Both the position numbers and the translations under genes were made by a program. From NCBI GenBank assembly GCA_963714705.1, contig CAVQPJ010000006.1:109845-173844 (forward strand): 64,000 nt of DNA, written 5' to 3'. The notes beneath the pieces were generated by a model that was not told the DNA's origin, searched no databases, and saw only the letters and a list, made by a program, of their open reading frames with translations. Positions 37,214 to 48,951 of the stretch are shown here, piece after piece. The DNA is from an uncultured Gammaproteobacteria bacterium. GTDB lineage: Bacteria > Pseudomonadota > Gammaproteobacteria > Steroidobacterales > Rariloculaceae. Numbering within the stretch: position 1 is the stretch's first letter; each line of letters starts with the position of its first letter.

Positions 37214-38542
37214 TCAGATCTCGAACCGTCCCGTGCTCTCGCCGAAGCTCTCGAGCGGAGTGCCGAACATGTCGGCCACACTGACCCAGAGATTCGCGAT
37301 CGACGTCCACTCGGGCGCGATGAGATAGCGATTGCCGCGCATCTGCCCACCCGCACCGCCGACGAGCGCGAACGGCAGCGGATACGAGTTGTGCGCCTGG
37401 CCGTCGCTCATGCCGGTGCCGTAGGCGATCAACGAATGATCGAGCACCGAGCCCTCGCCTTCGGGCGCGGCGCGCAGCCGCTCGAGAAACGACGCGAACA
37501 GCACCGTGAAATAGGTGTTGACCTTCGCGTGCTGCGCCATCTTGTCGGGTTGCTGGCCGTGGTGCGACGTGTCGTGGTGAGTCTGGCTCATACCCAAGCC
37601 CGGGTACGTGCGCTGGCTCGCTTCGCGCCCCGTCATGAACGTGAACACGCGCGTGAGATCGGCCTGATACGCGATCGCGAGCAGGTCGAACATCACTCCC
37701 ATGTGCTCTTCGAAATCCTCGGGAATGCCGACCGGCGCCGCGAGCGCAAGCTCCGTCGAGTTGCGCGTCTCGGTCCGCTCGATGCGCCGCTCGATCTCGC
37801 GCACGTTCTCGAGGTAGTCGTCGAGCCGCCTCTTGTCCGAGGCGCTGACGACCTGCTGCAACGCGCCGGCCTCCTCGACGATGGAATCGAGAATGCTGCC
37901 GTCCTCGTGTAAGCGGCGACGCCGGTCGTCGGCGGAGCCCGCGCGACCGAACAGCCGCTCGAACGCGACACGCGGATTGATCTCCATCGGCAGTGGCGCG
38001 GCCTCGCCCGCCCACGCGATCGTGTTCATGTACGTGCAGCTATAGCCGGGGACGCAGCCGCCGATGTAGCCCGTGAAGTCCTCGGTGGCGTACTCGAGCG
38101 ACGGGAACGGCGTCTCCTGGCCGATGTGCTTCGCGAGCACCTGATCGATCCCCACGCCGACGCGAATGTCCTCGGCTTCCGTTTGCTTCGCGACGGCGCC
38201 CGTCAGCCAGCCCGCCGAGCTCACGGCGTGATCCGTGACACCCGCACCGCCGGCGCGCGAGAGCTGATTGATGACGGTGAGCTGGCCGCGATACGGCTCG
38301 AGCGGCTGCAGGATCGGCGTCAGCGTCAATGCGCCGGCGTCGCCCTTCGGCATCCAATACGGGATCGGGCAACCATTCGGCACGTAGACGGCGCCGAAGC
38401 GCAACGGCGGCCGCGCCGGCGTCTGCGCGAGCGCCGTCATGGCCGGCACCATCGACTCGAGGAACGGCAGCGCGACGGTGGTGCCGAGCCCACGCAGCAG
38501 GGTTCGTCTCGAGAGCGATCGACGCGTGATGAACACTGCCAC
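37214..38542 (-). CDS. DUF1552 (HXXSHH-domain) protein with twin-arginine-like N-terminus
   Basis: SRRTLLRG, YVPNG, CVPGYSC, NPRVAFERLF, HDTSHH. Confidence 0.92.
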   Translation of the reverse strand: MAVFITRRSLSRRTLLRGLGTTVALPFLESMVPAMTALAQTPARPPLRFGAVYVPNGCPIPYWMPKGDAGALTLTPILQPLEPYRGQLTVINQLSRAGGAGVTDHAVSSAGWLTGAVAKQTEAEDIRVGVGIDQVLAKHIGQETPFPSLEYATEDFTGYIGGCVPGYSCTYMNTIAWAGEAAPLPMEINPRVAFERLFGRAGSADDRRRRLHEDGSILDSIVEEAGALQQVVSASDKRRLDDYLENVREIERRIERTETRNSTELALAAPVGIPEDFEEHMGVMFDLLAIAYQADLTRVFTFMTGREASQRTYPGLGMSQTHHDTSHHGQQPDKMAQHAKVNTYFTVLFASFLERLRAAPEGEGSVLDHSLIAYGTGMSDGQAHNSYPLPFALVGGAGGQMRGNRYLIAPEWTSIANLWVSVADMFGTPLESFGESTGRFEI

Positions 38543-38561
38543 TGGCTGACGCCCTTCCTTG

Positions 38562-40958
38562 TCAGTCGGCGCGTGACGCCACCGTGGCTGCGTCCTCGCC
38601 GGCCTTCGTTCTCATCCGAAATCCCGGGCTCTCGACGACGCCCATCACGATCGACTCGAACCGATATTCGTCGTCTTCGGCTTCACGAAGTATCCCACGC
38701 ACGACGGGCATGTCGTAAGCGGTGAGCCCACGGCCGAGCGCGTAAGTCATCATTTTCTCGACGAAGGTGGTAGTGAAAACTCCTGGATCGGCGACCAACG
38801 CAGCGCGCAGATCTCCGACGCTGCCCAAAGCCGTGCCGTCGGGCAACCGGCCGCTCGCGTCGACGGCGCCACCGGCGTCGAAGTTGCGCCAGGCGCCGAC
38901 GGCGTCGAAGTTCTCGAGCGCGAAGCCGAGCGGATCGATCAGCGCATGGCAACCGGCGCAGGAGGGGTTCGCTCGGTGCACGTCGAGCCGCTCACGCATC
39001 GTCTTCGGCGCGGCGCCGGGCTCGGTCTGAAGCGGCGGGACGTTGGCCGGCGGCGCCGGCGGCGGGACCCCAAGCAAGTTCTCGAGCAGCCACTTGCCGC
39101 GCAGCGACGGCGCCGTGCGGTCGGCATGCGACGTCGCCATCAGCACGCCGCCCTTGCCGAGCAACCCGCGGCGCGCGTCGAGCTCGGGCGGCAGCGCGAC
39201 GCGGCGGAACCGGCCGCCGTAGACGTTCGCAATGCCGTAGTGGCGCGCGAGGCGCTCGTCGACGAACGTGTAATCGGCCGTCAGCAGATCGAGGATGCTG
39301 CGGTTCTCCTCGACGATGCTCGCGAAGAAGAGCTCCGTCTCGCGCTTGAAGGCTTGGCGCAAGTTGTCGTCGAAGTCGGGAAAGAAGTCCGTGTTCGGCT
39401 TGATCGTCTCGAGATTGCGCAGGTGCAGCCATTGGCCCGCGAAGTTCTCGCCGAGCTCCGCAGCGCGCGGATCGTGCAGCATGCGGTGCACTTGTTCCGC
39501 GAGCATGCCGGGCTCGTGCAGCCGGTTCGCCGCAGCCAGCGCGAGCAACTCCTCGTCGGGTGGCCCGCTCCAGAGGAAGAACGAGAGCCGCGAGGCGAGC
39601 TCGACGTCGCTGACCGCAAACACGGTCCCCGGCGCCGCGTCGCCCGGGTCTTGCTCGACGCGAAATACGAAGGCGGGGCTCGCAAGCAACCGGCGCAACG
39701 CGAGCTGGATGCCGGCGTCGAACGAGCCCTGTGCCCTACCGTCGCGGTAGAACGGCATCAGGCGCGCAAGGTCCGCTTCTCCGGCGGGCCGCCGATAGGC
39801 GCGCCGCGCGAGATCCGACAAGATCTCTTCCGCGCACGGCTCTTCCTCTGCTGCGCTTGCCGGCGTGCAGCCGAAGATGCGCCGCCGGCTCGCCGTCGAG
39901 CCGACGCCCGCCGGCGCGAACGGCCCTACGATCGTCAACGTCTCGACGTGTGGGCGACCCGTCGAATCGTAGGTGCCGGCATTGCTGCGGTCGAACGGCC
40001 GCAGGCGATTCGCGCCCTCCCCGACCTTGCGAATGAATGCCGCGGTGACCGTGTGCGCTCCGGCGCCGACGGGCGCGCGAATTTTGAGCCGCGCATCGGT
40101 CGCATCGGAGCGCACCGTGATGATCGTGTCGGGCGGAAACTCGGGCTCGTGCTCGCCGCCTACGCCCACGAGCAGCACGCGCACGCCGTCGACGGCGATC
40201 TCGACGTCGTGCTCGTGCTCGAGGCCGCGGATGGCGTCGAGGTTGGTGCGAAACAGCCCGACCTGGAATTCGTATTCCGCCTCGAGCGGAAAATCGTGCT
40301 CCACAGCTATGCCACCCACGGTTCCGAGGGGTAGGCCGTCGAGATGCAGTCCCTGAGAGTGATCGCCGGGAACGGTGTACGTTTTCGCACCGATCACCGT
40401 TCGTGGATCGCCGACTGCCAGCGCGCTGACGCGATCCGCCGCGCCGAGGTAGCGCTCGAGCAGTGCCGGCGAGACGACGAGCAGATCCGCGTTGTTGTCG
40501 AAGCCGTACGCGGCATCGTCGGGCGGCAGCAATGCGGCAACGTCGACGTCGAGATCGAGCAGCTCGCGAATCGCGTTCGCGTACTCGGCGCGATTCAAGC
40601 GCCGCAGCGCGGAGCGGCCGGGGCTCGCGACGGCCTTCGAGTCGAGCTCCCGCTCGAGCCACGTCGCGAGCCGTTCGTACGTCTCGGCGTCGGGCCGCCG
40701 CTCGGCCGCCTGCGGCGGCATCGTGCGCGTGCGCAGCTTGCGGACGACGGCTTCCCAAGTGTCGGCGTGCGTGTCGACGCGAGCCGCATCGAGGTCCGCG
40801 AACGCAAAGCCACCGTCGAGGTCGGTCGGGTTATGACAACCCGCGCAGTGCTCGTCGAGCGCCGCCGCGACGTCGTCCGGCGCCATGCGGCCGCAGCCGG
40901 CGAGCAGCAGGCCGGCCCAGAGGACGCCCGCCCCGCGAGCGATGGAAGCCCGGTTCAT
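38562..40958 (-). CDS. DUF1592/DUF1588/DUF1587/DUF1595/DUF1585 multidomain protein with two c-heme motifs
   Basis: LAGC lipobox, CAGCH twice, LRRLNRAEY, ELASRLSFFLW, GFALENFDAVG. Confidence 0.92.
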   Translation of the reverse strand: MNRASIARGAGVLWAGLLLAGCGRMAPDDVAAALDEHCAGCHNPTDLDGGFAFADLDAARVDTHADTWEAVVRKLRTRTMPPQAAERRPDAETYERLATWLERELDSKAVASPGRSALRRLNRAEYANAIRELLDLDVDVAALLPPDDAAYGFDNNADLLVVSPALLERYLGAADRVSALAVGDPRTVIGAKTYTVPGDHSQGLHLDGLPLGTVGGIAVEHDFPLEAEYEFQVGLFRTNLDAIRGLEHEHDVEIAVDGVRVLLVGVGGEHEPEFPPDTIITVRSDATDARLKIRAPVGAGAHTVTAAFIRKVGEGANRLRPFDRSNAGTYDSTGRPHVETLTIVGPFAPAGVGSTASRRRIFGCTPASAAEEEPCAEEILSDLARRAYRRPAGEADLARLMPFYRDGRAQGSFDAGIQLALRRLLASPAFVFRVEQDPGDAAPGTVFAVSDVELASRLSFFLWSGPPDEELLALAAANRLHEPGMLAEQVHRMLHDPRAAELGENFAGQWLHLRNLETIKPNTDFFPDFDDNLRQAFKRETELFFASIVEENRSILDLLTADYTFVDERLARHYGIANVYGGRFRRVALPPELDARRGLLGKGGVLMATSHADRTAPSLRGKWLLENLLGVPPPAPPANVPPLQTEPGAAPKTMRERLDVHRANPSCAGCHALIDPLGFALENFDAVGAWRNFDAGGAVDASGRLPDGTALGSVGDLRAALVADPGVFTTTFVEKMMTYALGRGLTAYDMPVVRGILREAEDDEYRFESIVMGVVESPGFRMRTKAGEDAATVASRAD

Positions 40959-40977
40959 GGGTGCTCAGGATAACGGG

Positions 40978-43125
40978 TTACGCGAGCCCGTGCCGTGACA
41001 GCGGCAGCGAGCGCAGCCGCCGCCCCGTCGCCGCGTAAATCGCGTTGTACAGAGCGGGCGCGACGAGTGCCGTCGTCGGCTCGCCGATGCCGCCCGGCGC
41101 CGCGCCGTTTGCGATGATCTCGACGTCGACCTCGGGCGCCTCGTTGATGCGCAGCAAGCGGTACGTGTCGAAGCTCTTCTGCTGCACGACGCCGTTCTCG
41201 ATCGTGATCTCGCCCCACAGCGTCTGCGACAAGCCGAAAATGATGCCGCTACGAATCTGCGAGTCGACGATCGACGGATTCACCATTTGGCCAATGTCGA
41301 CGGCGCCGCTGATCTTGTGCACGCGCACCTTGTCGTTCTCGAGCGAGATCTCGGCGAACAGCGCGAGATACGTGCCGTAGCCCTCCATGAGGGCCACGCC
41401 TTGAGACCGCCCCGCCGGCGCGCGGCCCCAACCCGCGCGCGCGGCACCGCGCTCGAGCACTTGGCGCCAGCGCGGCTCGGCTTGGCCTTGAAGCCGCGCC
41501 AAGCGGAACGCGACGGGATCCTGCCCCGCCGCGTGCGCGAGCTCATCCATGAAGCACTCGGCGGGAAAGCAGTTCGTCGCGTGGCTCACGGAGCGCAGAT
41601 ATCCCACGTCGATACCGATCTCGTGCTGCAAGTACGTCACGAGCACGTTGCCGGCGTCGTAGGGATAGTTGACCGCGGCCTCGAGCACGAACGGATCGAT
41701 CTGGTTGGCGACGAACGGCGGCGCCCAGCGGCTCGTGACCGACGGACCGCAGATCTCGAATTTCCACGCGCCAATGGTCCCATCGTCCCCTAGTCCTGCG
41801 GAGCACCGGTGCCGGTACGGCGGGCGGTAATAGTCGTGCGTCGTATCGTCTTCGCGCGTCCACAATAGCTTCACGGGCGCGTTCGCGGCGCGCGCGGCCT
41901 CGACGGCCGCCGGAATGAAGTCGACCTCGAGCCGGCGGCCGAAGCCGCCGCCGAGCAGCGTCGTGTGCACGACCACGCGCTCGGGCGGGATACCCGCAGC
42001 CGCCGCCGCCGCGGCTTGCGCGGACTGCTGCACCTGTGTCGGCGCATAGACGTGCAGCGTGTCGCCGTCCGGCACGACGGTGCAGTTCTGCGGCTCGAGC
42101 GTGGCGTGCGGCAGCAGCGGCAGCTCGTAGACGGCTTCGACTTTGCGCGAAGCGGCGGCCAGCGCCGCGTCGGCGTCGCCGTCGCCGCGCGCGACCTTGG
42201 CTTCGCCGCTGCGCGTCGCAAGCGCATTCGCGAGGCCGGCCGAGATCGTCGCGTTGGTAACTCGCGCGCTGGGGCCCGGATCCCATTCGATGTCGAGCGC
42301 GTCGCGCGCTTGGCGCGCCTGCCACCACGAGTCGGCCAGCACGACGACGCCGCTTTGCGTCTGCACGATCTGACGCACTCCGGGCATCGCGCGAGCACGC
42401 TCATCGGTGAATGCCTGGACTCGGCCGCCGAGCACGGGGCACTGCGCGAGCGCGCCGAACAGCATGTTCGGGAAGCGTTGATCGATGCCGTATTCGGCCG
42501 TGCCGTTGATTTTGGCCGCCGTATCGAGACGCGTGCGCGCCTTGCCGATCTGCGAAAAACCGCTCGCGGGCTTCAACGGCACGTCGGCCGGTATCGGCAA
42601 CGCCGCTGCGGCCGTCGCGAGCTGGCCGTACGTGAGCCGCGTGCCGTCGCTGCGCACGACGGCGCCGTTCTCGGCTCTGAGCTCGGTCGCGGCGACATCC
42701 CAATGCGCCGCGGCGGCCGCGAGCAGACGCTGCCGCGCCTCGGCGCCGGCGCGGCGCAACTTGTCCCAGCCTTCGCGCACACTCGTGCTGCCGCCCGTGA
42801 CTTGCACGCCGAGCAGCGTGTTCGCGTACTCGGCGCCCGCCGGCGCCGCTTCGACGCGGATCGACTCGACGGGCACCTCGAGCTCCTCGGCGATCAGCGT
42901 CGTCAGCGAGGTGTAGACGCCCTGCCCCATCTCCGACTTGTCGGAAAGGAACGTGATACCGCCGTCCGTGCCGATGCGCAGCCACGCGTTCGGCTGCACG
43001 GGTGCGGCCGGCAAGCCGAGCGCCGCGGGCTCGGGCCGCTGCGCGCAGCCCGGCAGCTGGAGCGCGATCAGCAACCCGCCGCTTGCCGCAGCGGACGTCG
43101 TCAGAAACTCGCGTCGCGTGCTCAT
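40978..43125 (-). CDS. Xanthine-dehydrogenase-family molybdopterin-binding subunit (isoquinoline oxidoreductase beta-like)
   Basis: Tat motif [32 protein letters not shown]. Confidence 0.93.
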   Translation of the reverse strand: MSTRREFLTTSAAASGGLLIALQLPGCAQRPEPAALGLPAAPVQPNAWLRIGTDGGITFLSDKSEMGQGVYTSLTTLIAEELEVPVESIRVEAAPAGAEYANTLLGVQVTGGSTSVREGWDKLRRAGAEARQRLLAAAAAHWDVAATELRAENGAVVRSDGTRLTYGQLATAAAALPIPADVPLKPASGFSQIGKARTRLDTAAKINGTAEYGIDQRFPNMLFGALAQCPVLGGRVQAFTDERARAMPGVRQIVQTQSGVVVLADSWWQARQARDALDIEWDPGPSARVTNATISAGLANALATRSGEAKVARGDGDADAALAAASRKVEAVYELPLLPHATLEPQNCTVVPDGDTLHVYAPTQVQQSAQAAAAAAAGIPPERVVVHTTLLGGGFGRRLEVDFIPAAVEAARAANAPVKLLWTREDDTTHDYYRPPYRHRCSAGLGDDGTIGAWKFEICGPSVTSRWAPPFVANQIDPFVLEAAVNYPYDAGNVLVTYLQHEIGIDVGYLRSVSHATNCFPAECFMDELAHAAGQDPVAFRLARLQGQAEPRWRQVLERGAARAGWGRAPAGRSQGVALMEGYGTYLALFAEISLENDKVRVHKISGAVDIGQMVNPSIVDSQIRSGIIFGLSQTLWGEITIENGVVQQKSFDTYRLLRINEAPEVDVEIIANGAAPGGIGEPTTALVAPALYNAIYAATGRRLRSLPLSRHGLA

Positions 43126-43586
43126 GCCCGGCCTCCCGCGAGCTCGGCCGCCCGCTTGATGGCCGCACGGATGCGATCGTAGGTGCCGCAGCGGCAGATG
43201 TTGCCGCTCATCGCGGCGTCGATGTCTGCGTCGGTCGGAGCGCGGTTGTTCGCGACGAGCGCCGCCGCCGACATGATCTGCCCCGATTGGCAGTAGCCGC
43301 ATTGCGGCACGTCGAATTGCAGCCAAGCCCGCTGCACGGGATGACTGCCGTCGGCCGACAAGCCTTCGATCGTGGTCATCTCGTAATCGCCGACGGCGCT
43401 GACGGGCGTCTGACACGAGCGCACGGGCGCGCCGGCGACGTGCACGGTGCACGCGCCGCAAAGACCGAGGCCGCAGCCGAACTTCGTGCCTTGCAGGCCG
43501 AGAGTATCGCGCAGCACCCAGAGCAGCGGAGTGTCCGGCGCGACGTCGACCTCGACGGGATTTCCGTTGATGCGGAGCATGACCAT
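43122..43586 (-). CDS. (2Fe-2S)-binding subunit of a molybdo-hydroxylase
   Basis: [28 protein letters not shown]. Confidence 0.95.
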   Translation of the reverse strand: MVMLRINGNPVEVDVAPDTPLLWVLRDTLGLQGTKFGCGLGLCGACTVHVAGAPVRSCQTPVSAVGDYEMTTIEGLSADGSHPVQRAWLQFDVPQCGYCQSGQIMSAAALVANNRAPTDADIDAAMSGNICRCGTYDRIRAAIKRAAELAGGRA

Positions 43587-43715
43587 GGTCTGCCTCCCCT
43601 AAGGTGCGCCGCGAACGGGTGCACGCGACCCGTGAGCCTAGATCGCGGCCGGGTGTTGTCAATAGCCGGCGCCGGGTTTGACCTACAATGCCCTCGAGCA
43701 TTGGAGCCGAAGACC

Positions 43716-44114
43716 ATGACGACGACCTTCGTGGATCCCCGCGACGTGCACACCCCCCTCGGCCCGTACTCGCACACGGCTGTCGTCCAGGCCGGCAGCG
43801 ACCTGGTGTTCGTCTCGGGACAGGTCGGCTTGCGCCCCGACGGGTCGGTTCCGCCGAGCTTCGCCGATCAAGTAGAGCTGACGTTCCTGAATCTTGGCGC
43901 CTGCCTGGCCGCGCACGGCCTCGGGCTCGACGCCGTCGTCAAGCTCGGCGTGTTCGTCGTGCCGGGCCAGGACTTTCACGTCGTGCGGGCGGCCCGCGAG
44001 CGACACTTCGGCGCGCATCACCCGACGTCCACGAGCCTGTACGTGCCGCAGCTCGCGAGCCCTAAATTCCTGATCGAGATCGAGGCGATCGCGGCCAAGC
44101 GCTCGAGCGTCTGA
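43716..44114 (+). CDS. RidA/YjgF (Rid) family protein
   Basis: GPYSH, VFVSGQVG, LIEIEAIAA. Confidence 0.9.
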   Translation: MTTTFVDPRDVHTPLGPYSHTAVVQAGSDLVFVSGQVGLRPDGSVPPSFADQVELTFLNLGACLAAHGLGLDAVVKLGVFVVPGQDFHVVRAARERHFGAHHPTSTSLYVPQLASPKFLIEIEAIAAKRSSV

Positions 44115-44197
44115 GGACGGCTGACGAGGTTCTTTGACGCGCCTCGCTCCGTGGCCGAGAATTGCTAGCATCGCTACGGAACGTCGAAAGGACTGCC

Positions 44198-46039
44198 ATG
44201 ACCCGCCCACCGTACGCTCTCGCGCGAATCTTCGTCACCGCATCGTTGTGCGCGGCGCTCGCAGCCTGTGCACCGCCACCCGCGACAACGGAGTCGCAAG
44301 CCGGCCCGACGTCGGCCAGCGCGCTCGCGTTTCTCGCCGACGTCGAGAAGCAGTACGACGCGCTCAGCGAGGAATACGCGCGCATCGGCTGGGTCAACGA
44401 GACCTACATCAATTTCGACACGGACTGGCTCGCCTCGAACATCGGCGCACGCGCCACCGAGCTCGGCGTCAAATACGCGAAGCAGGCGGCAACCTTCGAC
44501 GGAATCGACGTACCGGCCGACGCGCGCCGCAAGCTCGAGCTTTTGAAGCTCGGCCTCACGCTGCCGGCGCCCGAAACACCCGGTGCCGCGCAGGAGTTGG
44601 CCGACATCACGACGCGCCTCGGAAGCACCTACAGCGTCGGCAAGATCGAGTTCGAGGGACGCACGGTGCCGCAATCCGAGACCGAGGTGCTCATGCGCCA
44701 GCTTCGCGATCCCGCGAAGCTCGAGGAAGTCTGGACGAAGTGGCACGACTACGCGAAAGGCATGAAGGCCGACTACGCGCGCATGGTCGGGATCGCCAAC
44801 GAGGGCGCCCGCGAGCTCGGGTTCGCCGACGTCGGCGCGATGTGGCGCGCAGGCTACGACATGCCGCCCGACGACGTTCACCGCGGAGGTGGACCGGCTG
44901 TGGGGCCAGGTGAAGCCGCTCTACGACGATCTGCATTGCTACGTGCGCGGCAAGCTCAACGAACGCTACGGCGACGCCGTCGTGCCGCTCGACGAGCCGA
45001 TTCGCGCCGACTTGCTCGGCAACATGTGGGCGCAGAGCTGGGGCGTCGCTCTACGATCTGACGTCGCACCGGCGAGCGGCGAGCCGGGGATCGACCTGAC
45101 AACGCCTGCTCGTCGACGAAGGGCTACGACCCGATCAAGATGGTGAAGACGGGCGAGGCGTTCTTCTCGTCGCTCGGCTTCGAGCCGTTGCCGGAGACGT
45201 TCTGGGAGCGCTCGCAGATCGTGAAGCCCGAGGGCCGCGAGGTCGTGTGCCACGCCTCGGCCTGGGACCTCGACGCGCGCGACGACCTGCGCATCAAGAT
45301 GTGCATCGACAGTCGGCGCCGAGGACTTCCGCACGATCCATCACGAGCTCGGCCACAACTATTATCAGCGCGCCTACAAGGACCAGCCGAACCTGTTCCG
45401 CGGCGGCGCCAACGACGGCTTTCACGAGGCGATCGGCGACACGATCATGCTGTCGATCACGCCCGAGTACTCTGCAGCCAGATCGGGCTCATCGACACGG
45501 TGCCGGACGCGTCGAAGGACATCGGCCTGTTGCTGCAGCAAGCGCTCGACGGCGTGGCGTTTCTGCCGTTCGGGCTGCTCATCGACAAATGGCGCTGGCA
45601 GGTGTTCTCGGGCGAGCTGACGCCGGAGACGTACAACTCGGGCTGGTGGGCGCTGCGAACGCAGTACCAGGGCGTGCGGCCCCCGAACGAGCGGCCGCGC
45701 GGACGCGTTCGATCCCGGCGCCAAGTACCACATCCCCGGCAACACGCCGTACATGCGCTACTTCCTCGCGCGCATCCTCCAGTACCAGTTCTACAAAGCG
45801 GCCTGCGACGCGGCGGGCTGGGAAGGGCCGCTGCATCGCTGCTCGTTCTACGGCTCGAAGGAAGTCGGCGCTCGCCTGAACGCGATGCTCGAGCTCGGCC
45901 AGTCGAAGCCCTGGCAAGACGCGCTCGAAGCCTTCACGGGCGAGCGCGAGATGGATGGCGTCGGCGATCCTCGCCTACTACGAGCCGCTTGTCCGCGTGG
46001 CTCAAGGAGCAGAACGCGGGCAAGACTTGCGGCTGGTGA
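44198..46039 (+). CDS. M2-family peptidyl-dipeptidase A (ACE-like) lipoprotein, multiple frameshifts
   Basis: LAAC lipobox; [42 protein letters not shown] and PYMRYF across frames. Confidence 0.9.
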
Positions 46040-46057
46040 TCCGCGAGCGGCAGTTGC

Positions 46058-46720
46058 TCAAGCGCGTTTGCGCAGCAACGTCAGGCCTTCGCCGATCGTC
46101 AGCATCGCCACGTCCACGCGCTGGTCGCCGCGCAGGGCTTCGTTGAGCGTGCGCAGAGCCTTCGCACTGCCCGTTTGCAGCTCGATGATCGGCTCGCCGG
46201 CGAGCGCCAGCGTATTGTCGACGGCGATCAAGCCGCCCGTGCGTAGTAGCTCGAGCAGCTTCTCGTAGTAGGCGGCGTAGCTCGTCTTGTCGGCGTCGAG
46301 GAACGCGAAGTCGAACGTTCCCTTACCGCCGTTCGCGAGGAGCTCGTCGAGCGTCTCGAGCGCGGGCTTTATGCGGAGGTCGATGCGCGACTCGACTCCG
46401 GCCTCGCGCCAGAAAGGTCGCCCGATGCTCGTCCACTCCTCGCTGACGTCGCACGCGACGAGCAAACCGTCGGCCGGCAACGCGAGCGCGACGGCGAGCG
46501 CCGAATAGCCCGTGTAGGTTCCGATCTCGATGCAGCGGCGCGCGCCGATCGACTTCACGAGCAACGCGAGCAGCTGACCCTGATCCGCGCCGATCTGCAT
46601 CTCGCTGTGCGGCACGGAGACCGTCGCTTGTCGCAGCCGTGCAAGCACGTCGGGCTCGCGCGACGACCGCAGCACGTATTCGGAGACTCGCGGTGTGATC
46701 AGCTGCGTCCGTTTTCCCAT
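46058..46720 (-). CDS. Cation-dependent SAM O-methyltransferase (caffeoyl-CoA/catechol type)
   Basis: [29 protein letters not shown]. Confidence 0.93.
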   Translation of the reverse strand: MGKRTQLITPRVSEYVLRSSREPDVLARLRQATVSVPHSEMQIGADQGQLLALLVKSIGARRCIEIGTYTGYSALAVALALPADGLLVACDVSEEWTSIGRPFWREAGVESRIDLRIKPALETLDELLANGGKGTFDFAFLDADKTSYAAYYEKLLELLRTGGLIAVDNTLALAGEPIIELQTGSAKALRTLNEALRGDQRVDVAMLTIGEGLTLLRKRA

Positions 46721-46758
46721 GGCGCGACTCTAGCAAACGCACGCAGCAGGACGCGCAC

Positions 46759-47181
46759 TCAATGAGCCATCACGGGTGAGCTCGACGGCACGGATCGGCC
46801 GGCCAGCTTGCCGCCTAGCAGCACGGCCGGCGCCGCAGGCAAGACTACACCGAGGTTGTACCACCACGGATAGGTCGACCACTCCAAGAGGAGATGGATC
46901 ACACCGAGATATGCCGCCAACACGGCGGCCAACGCCCACACGGCCTCGCGCCGCCGAGCGACGGCGGCCGCAACCCAGCCGGCGAGCACCGCGGCCAAGG
47001 CCCAGCAGACGACGTTGAAGGCGGCCATCTGCGGCTCGAACGTGAAGACGCCGCTCTCGAACCAGGTGCGGCCGTGCACCGCATACGCCGGCCAGAGGAA
47101 CGCGACCCCGAAGGTCATCACGGCGAACGCGGCCATCCAAACGAGCGCGCCGACCACGAACCCCATCACTCCGCGTACCAT
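46759..47181 (-). CDS. Hypothetical four-TM membrane protein
   Basis: Four hydrophobic segments, YPWWY motif; purine-rich SD before ATG 47181. Confidence 0.65.
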   Translation of the reverse strand: MVRGVMGFVVGALVWMAAFAVMTFGVAFLWPAYAVHGRTWFESGVFTFEPQMAAFNVVCWALAAVLAGWVAAAVARRREAVWALAAVLAAYLGVIHLLLEWSTYPWWYNLGVVLPAAPAVLLGGKLAGRSVPSSSPVMAH

Positions 47182-47200
47182 GCTTCGCCCCCTTTTTGAG

Positions 47201-47656
47201 TCAGCTCGAGTAATTCGACGGCGGCACGCCGAAGCATTGCTTGAACGCCGTGCTGAACGCAGCCGGACTATCGTAGCCGACGGCGTGCGCGACCTCACCG
47301 ATGCTCTTGCCCTCGGTGAGCAACGATACCGACGCGAGCATGCGGCTCTGCCTGCGCCAAGCCGCGAGGCTCAAGCCCGTCTCGTCCACGAACAGCCGCT
47401 CGAACGTGCGCAAGCTCGCGCCGCCGACCTCTGCGGCGACGATCTCGAGCGCGCGTCCGTCCTCGGGATGACTCGTGAAATGCTCGGCGAGCTTGCGCGC
47501 CCGGTCGCTGACCGCCGCCGACTGCGAAATCAACGCGAGCTGATCGACGTCGTGCGAATGCGACGGGACGCGGCCGCCTTGCGGATAACGCTCGACGAAA
47601 GCGCGCAGCGCTTCGAGTGAGACGGCTTGGCGCTCTGCGCTCACGGAAAACGTCAC
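47201..47656 (-). pseudogene. AraC-family regulator with internal deletion of the cupin domain
   Basis: HSHDVDQL cupin start joined directly to the HTH (RTFERLF..ETGLS..AWR, GYDSPAAFSTAFK); only 151 aa. Confidence 0.7.
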
Positions 47657-47817
47657 TTCGCCGCGAGCGGATGCCCCGGGACGTACTCGAGCATGCTAAC
47701 GACGAAGTCCGGCGGCCCCGCAGCCTCGAATCGCCAGCCGAACGCACGCTCGTAGAACTTGCGCGCGCGCTCGACGTTGCTCGCGAAGATCTCGAAGTGA
47801 ACGACCGAATTCGCCAT
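47653..47817 (-). pseudogene. Truncated VOC/glyoxalase-family gene
   Basis: MANSVVHFEIFASNVERARKFYERAFGWRF...GPPDF then an unrelated tail; 54 aa. Confidence 0.7.
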
Positions 47818-47890
47818 GCGCAGCCCTCGTTCGACTGCGCGAAAGCGTAGCACTGTCGGCTACGCGAAAACCCGACAACTTCTTGCGTCA

Positions 47891-47931
47891 GTCCGACAGG
47901 CGGGGACCGGCCTGCGGTCCCCGCCACGGAC
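47891..47931. terminator. GC-rich hairpin downstream of the dienelactone hydrolase gene
   Basis: GGCGGGGACCG (47899-47909) pairs CGGTCCCCGCC (47915-47925); no clear U-tract on the minus strand. Confidence 0.45.
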
Positions 47932-47940
47932 AAAAACAGA

Positions 47941-48787
47941 CTAGGCGAGTGCCTTGTCGAACATCGCGAGCATGCGGCTCCAGGCTCGCTCCGACTCCGC
48001 ACGGTCGTAGACCGTCGTGTCGGGCGGGCACCAGCCGTGCGCGGCCTTGTAGACCTCGACCTCGGCGTCGATCTTCGCCGCCGCGAACGCTTCCCTGAGG
48101 ATCGTCTTCGACTCCGGCTGGCGCATGTCGTCACCCTCGGCGATCGCGATCAGGTACTGCGCCTTCGTTTGCGGGATCAACAAATGCGGGCTGTCGGCAG
48201 CCATCGTGGTCAGACCGCCGCCGTGGAACGAACCAACGGCGCCGACACGATTCGGGCACGGCCGCGGCCGTGCGTATGACGATCGGGCCGCCCATGCAGT
48301 AGCCGATCGTGCCGATCTTCCTGCCCTTGTCGACCTCGCTACGCGCATCGAGCCACGAGATGAACGCCTTCGCGTCCGTCGTGTGCGTCGTCGCGGTCAG
48401 CGCTTGCATCATGGGCACCAATTGCGGAATCGGTGTCTGCGCGCCCTGCGGCGCCGTCGGCGCCTTCTGCTGACGGTAGAACGGATTCACGACGAGCACG
48501 CTGTAGCCGTCCTCGGCCAAGCGCTTGCCCATCTGCTGCATCGCCGGGCGCAGCCCGAAGATGTCCGGCCATACGAGCACGGCCGCGTGCGCGCCCGTCG
48601 TCGGCGCGACGAAGTATGCGTCGCATTCGCCGTCCGGCGTCTTGATCGTGACGTTGCTTTCTTTGACGTCGACGGCAAACGCCGAGCGCGGCAGGATTGC
48701 AGCGATGCCCACGGCGGCGGCCAGCGTGCCGACGTCGCGGCGCGAGTATTTCTTCACATCTTCTAGAAAGTGGTCTTGATCGCACAT
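47941..48787 (-). CDS. Dienelactone hydrolase family protein, frameshift near 48260
   Basis: PDIFGLRP, GYCMGG, SFHGG, AHGWC. Confidence 0.9.
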
Positions 48788-48951
48788 GGCGTGCTTCCCC
48801 TCTGGTGTTGTTGCGGCGCCGGTTTCGTGGCGGCCTGCCGCCGAATATACGGGAAGGCGGCCGTGCCATGCACGCTCGGCGCGCAGCCGGGGCTTCAATC
48901 CTGGCGCTGGGCTAGAATCGCGGCATCGACCCGTCCAAAGGGGGAGCGCAC

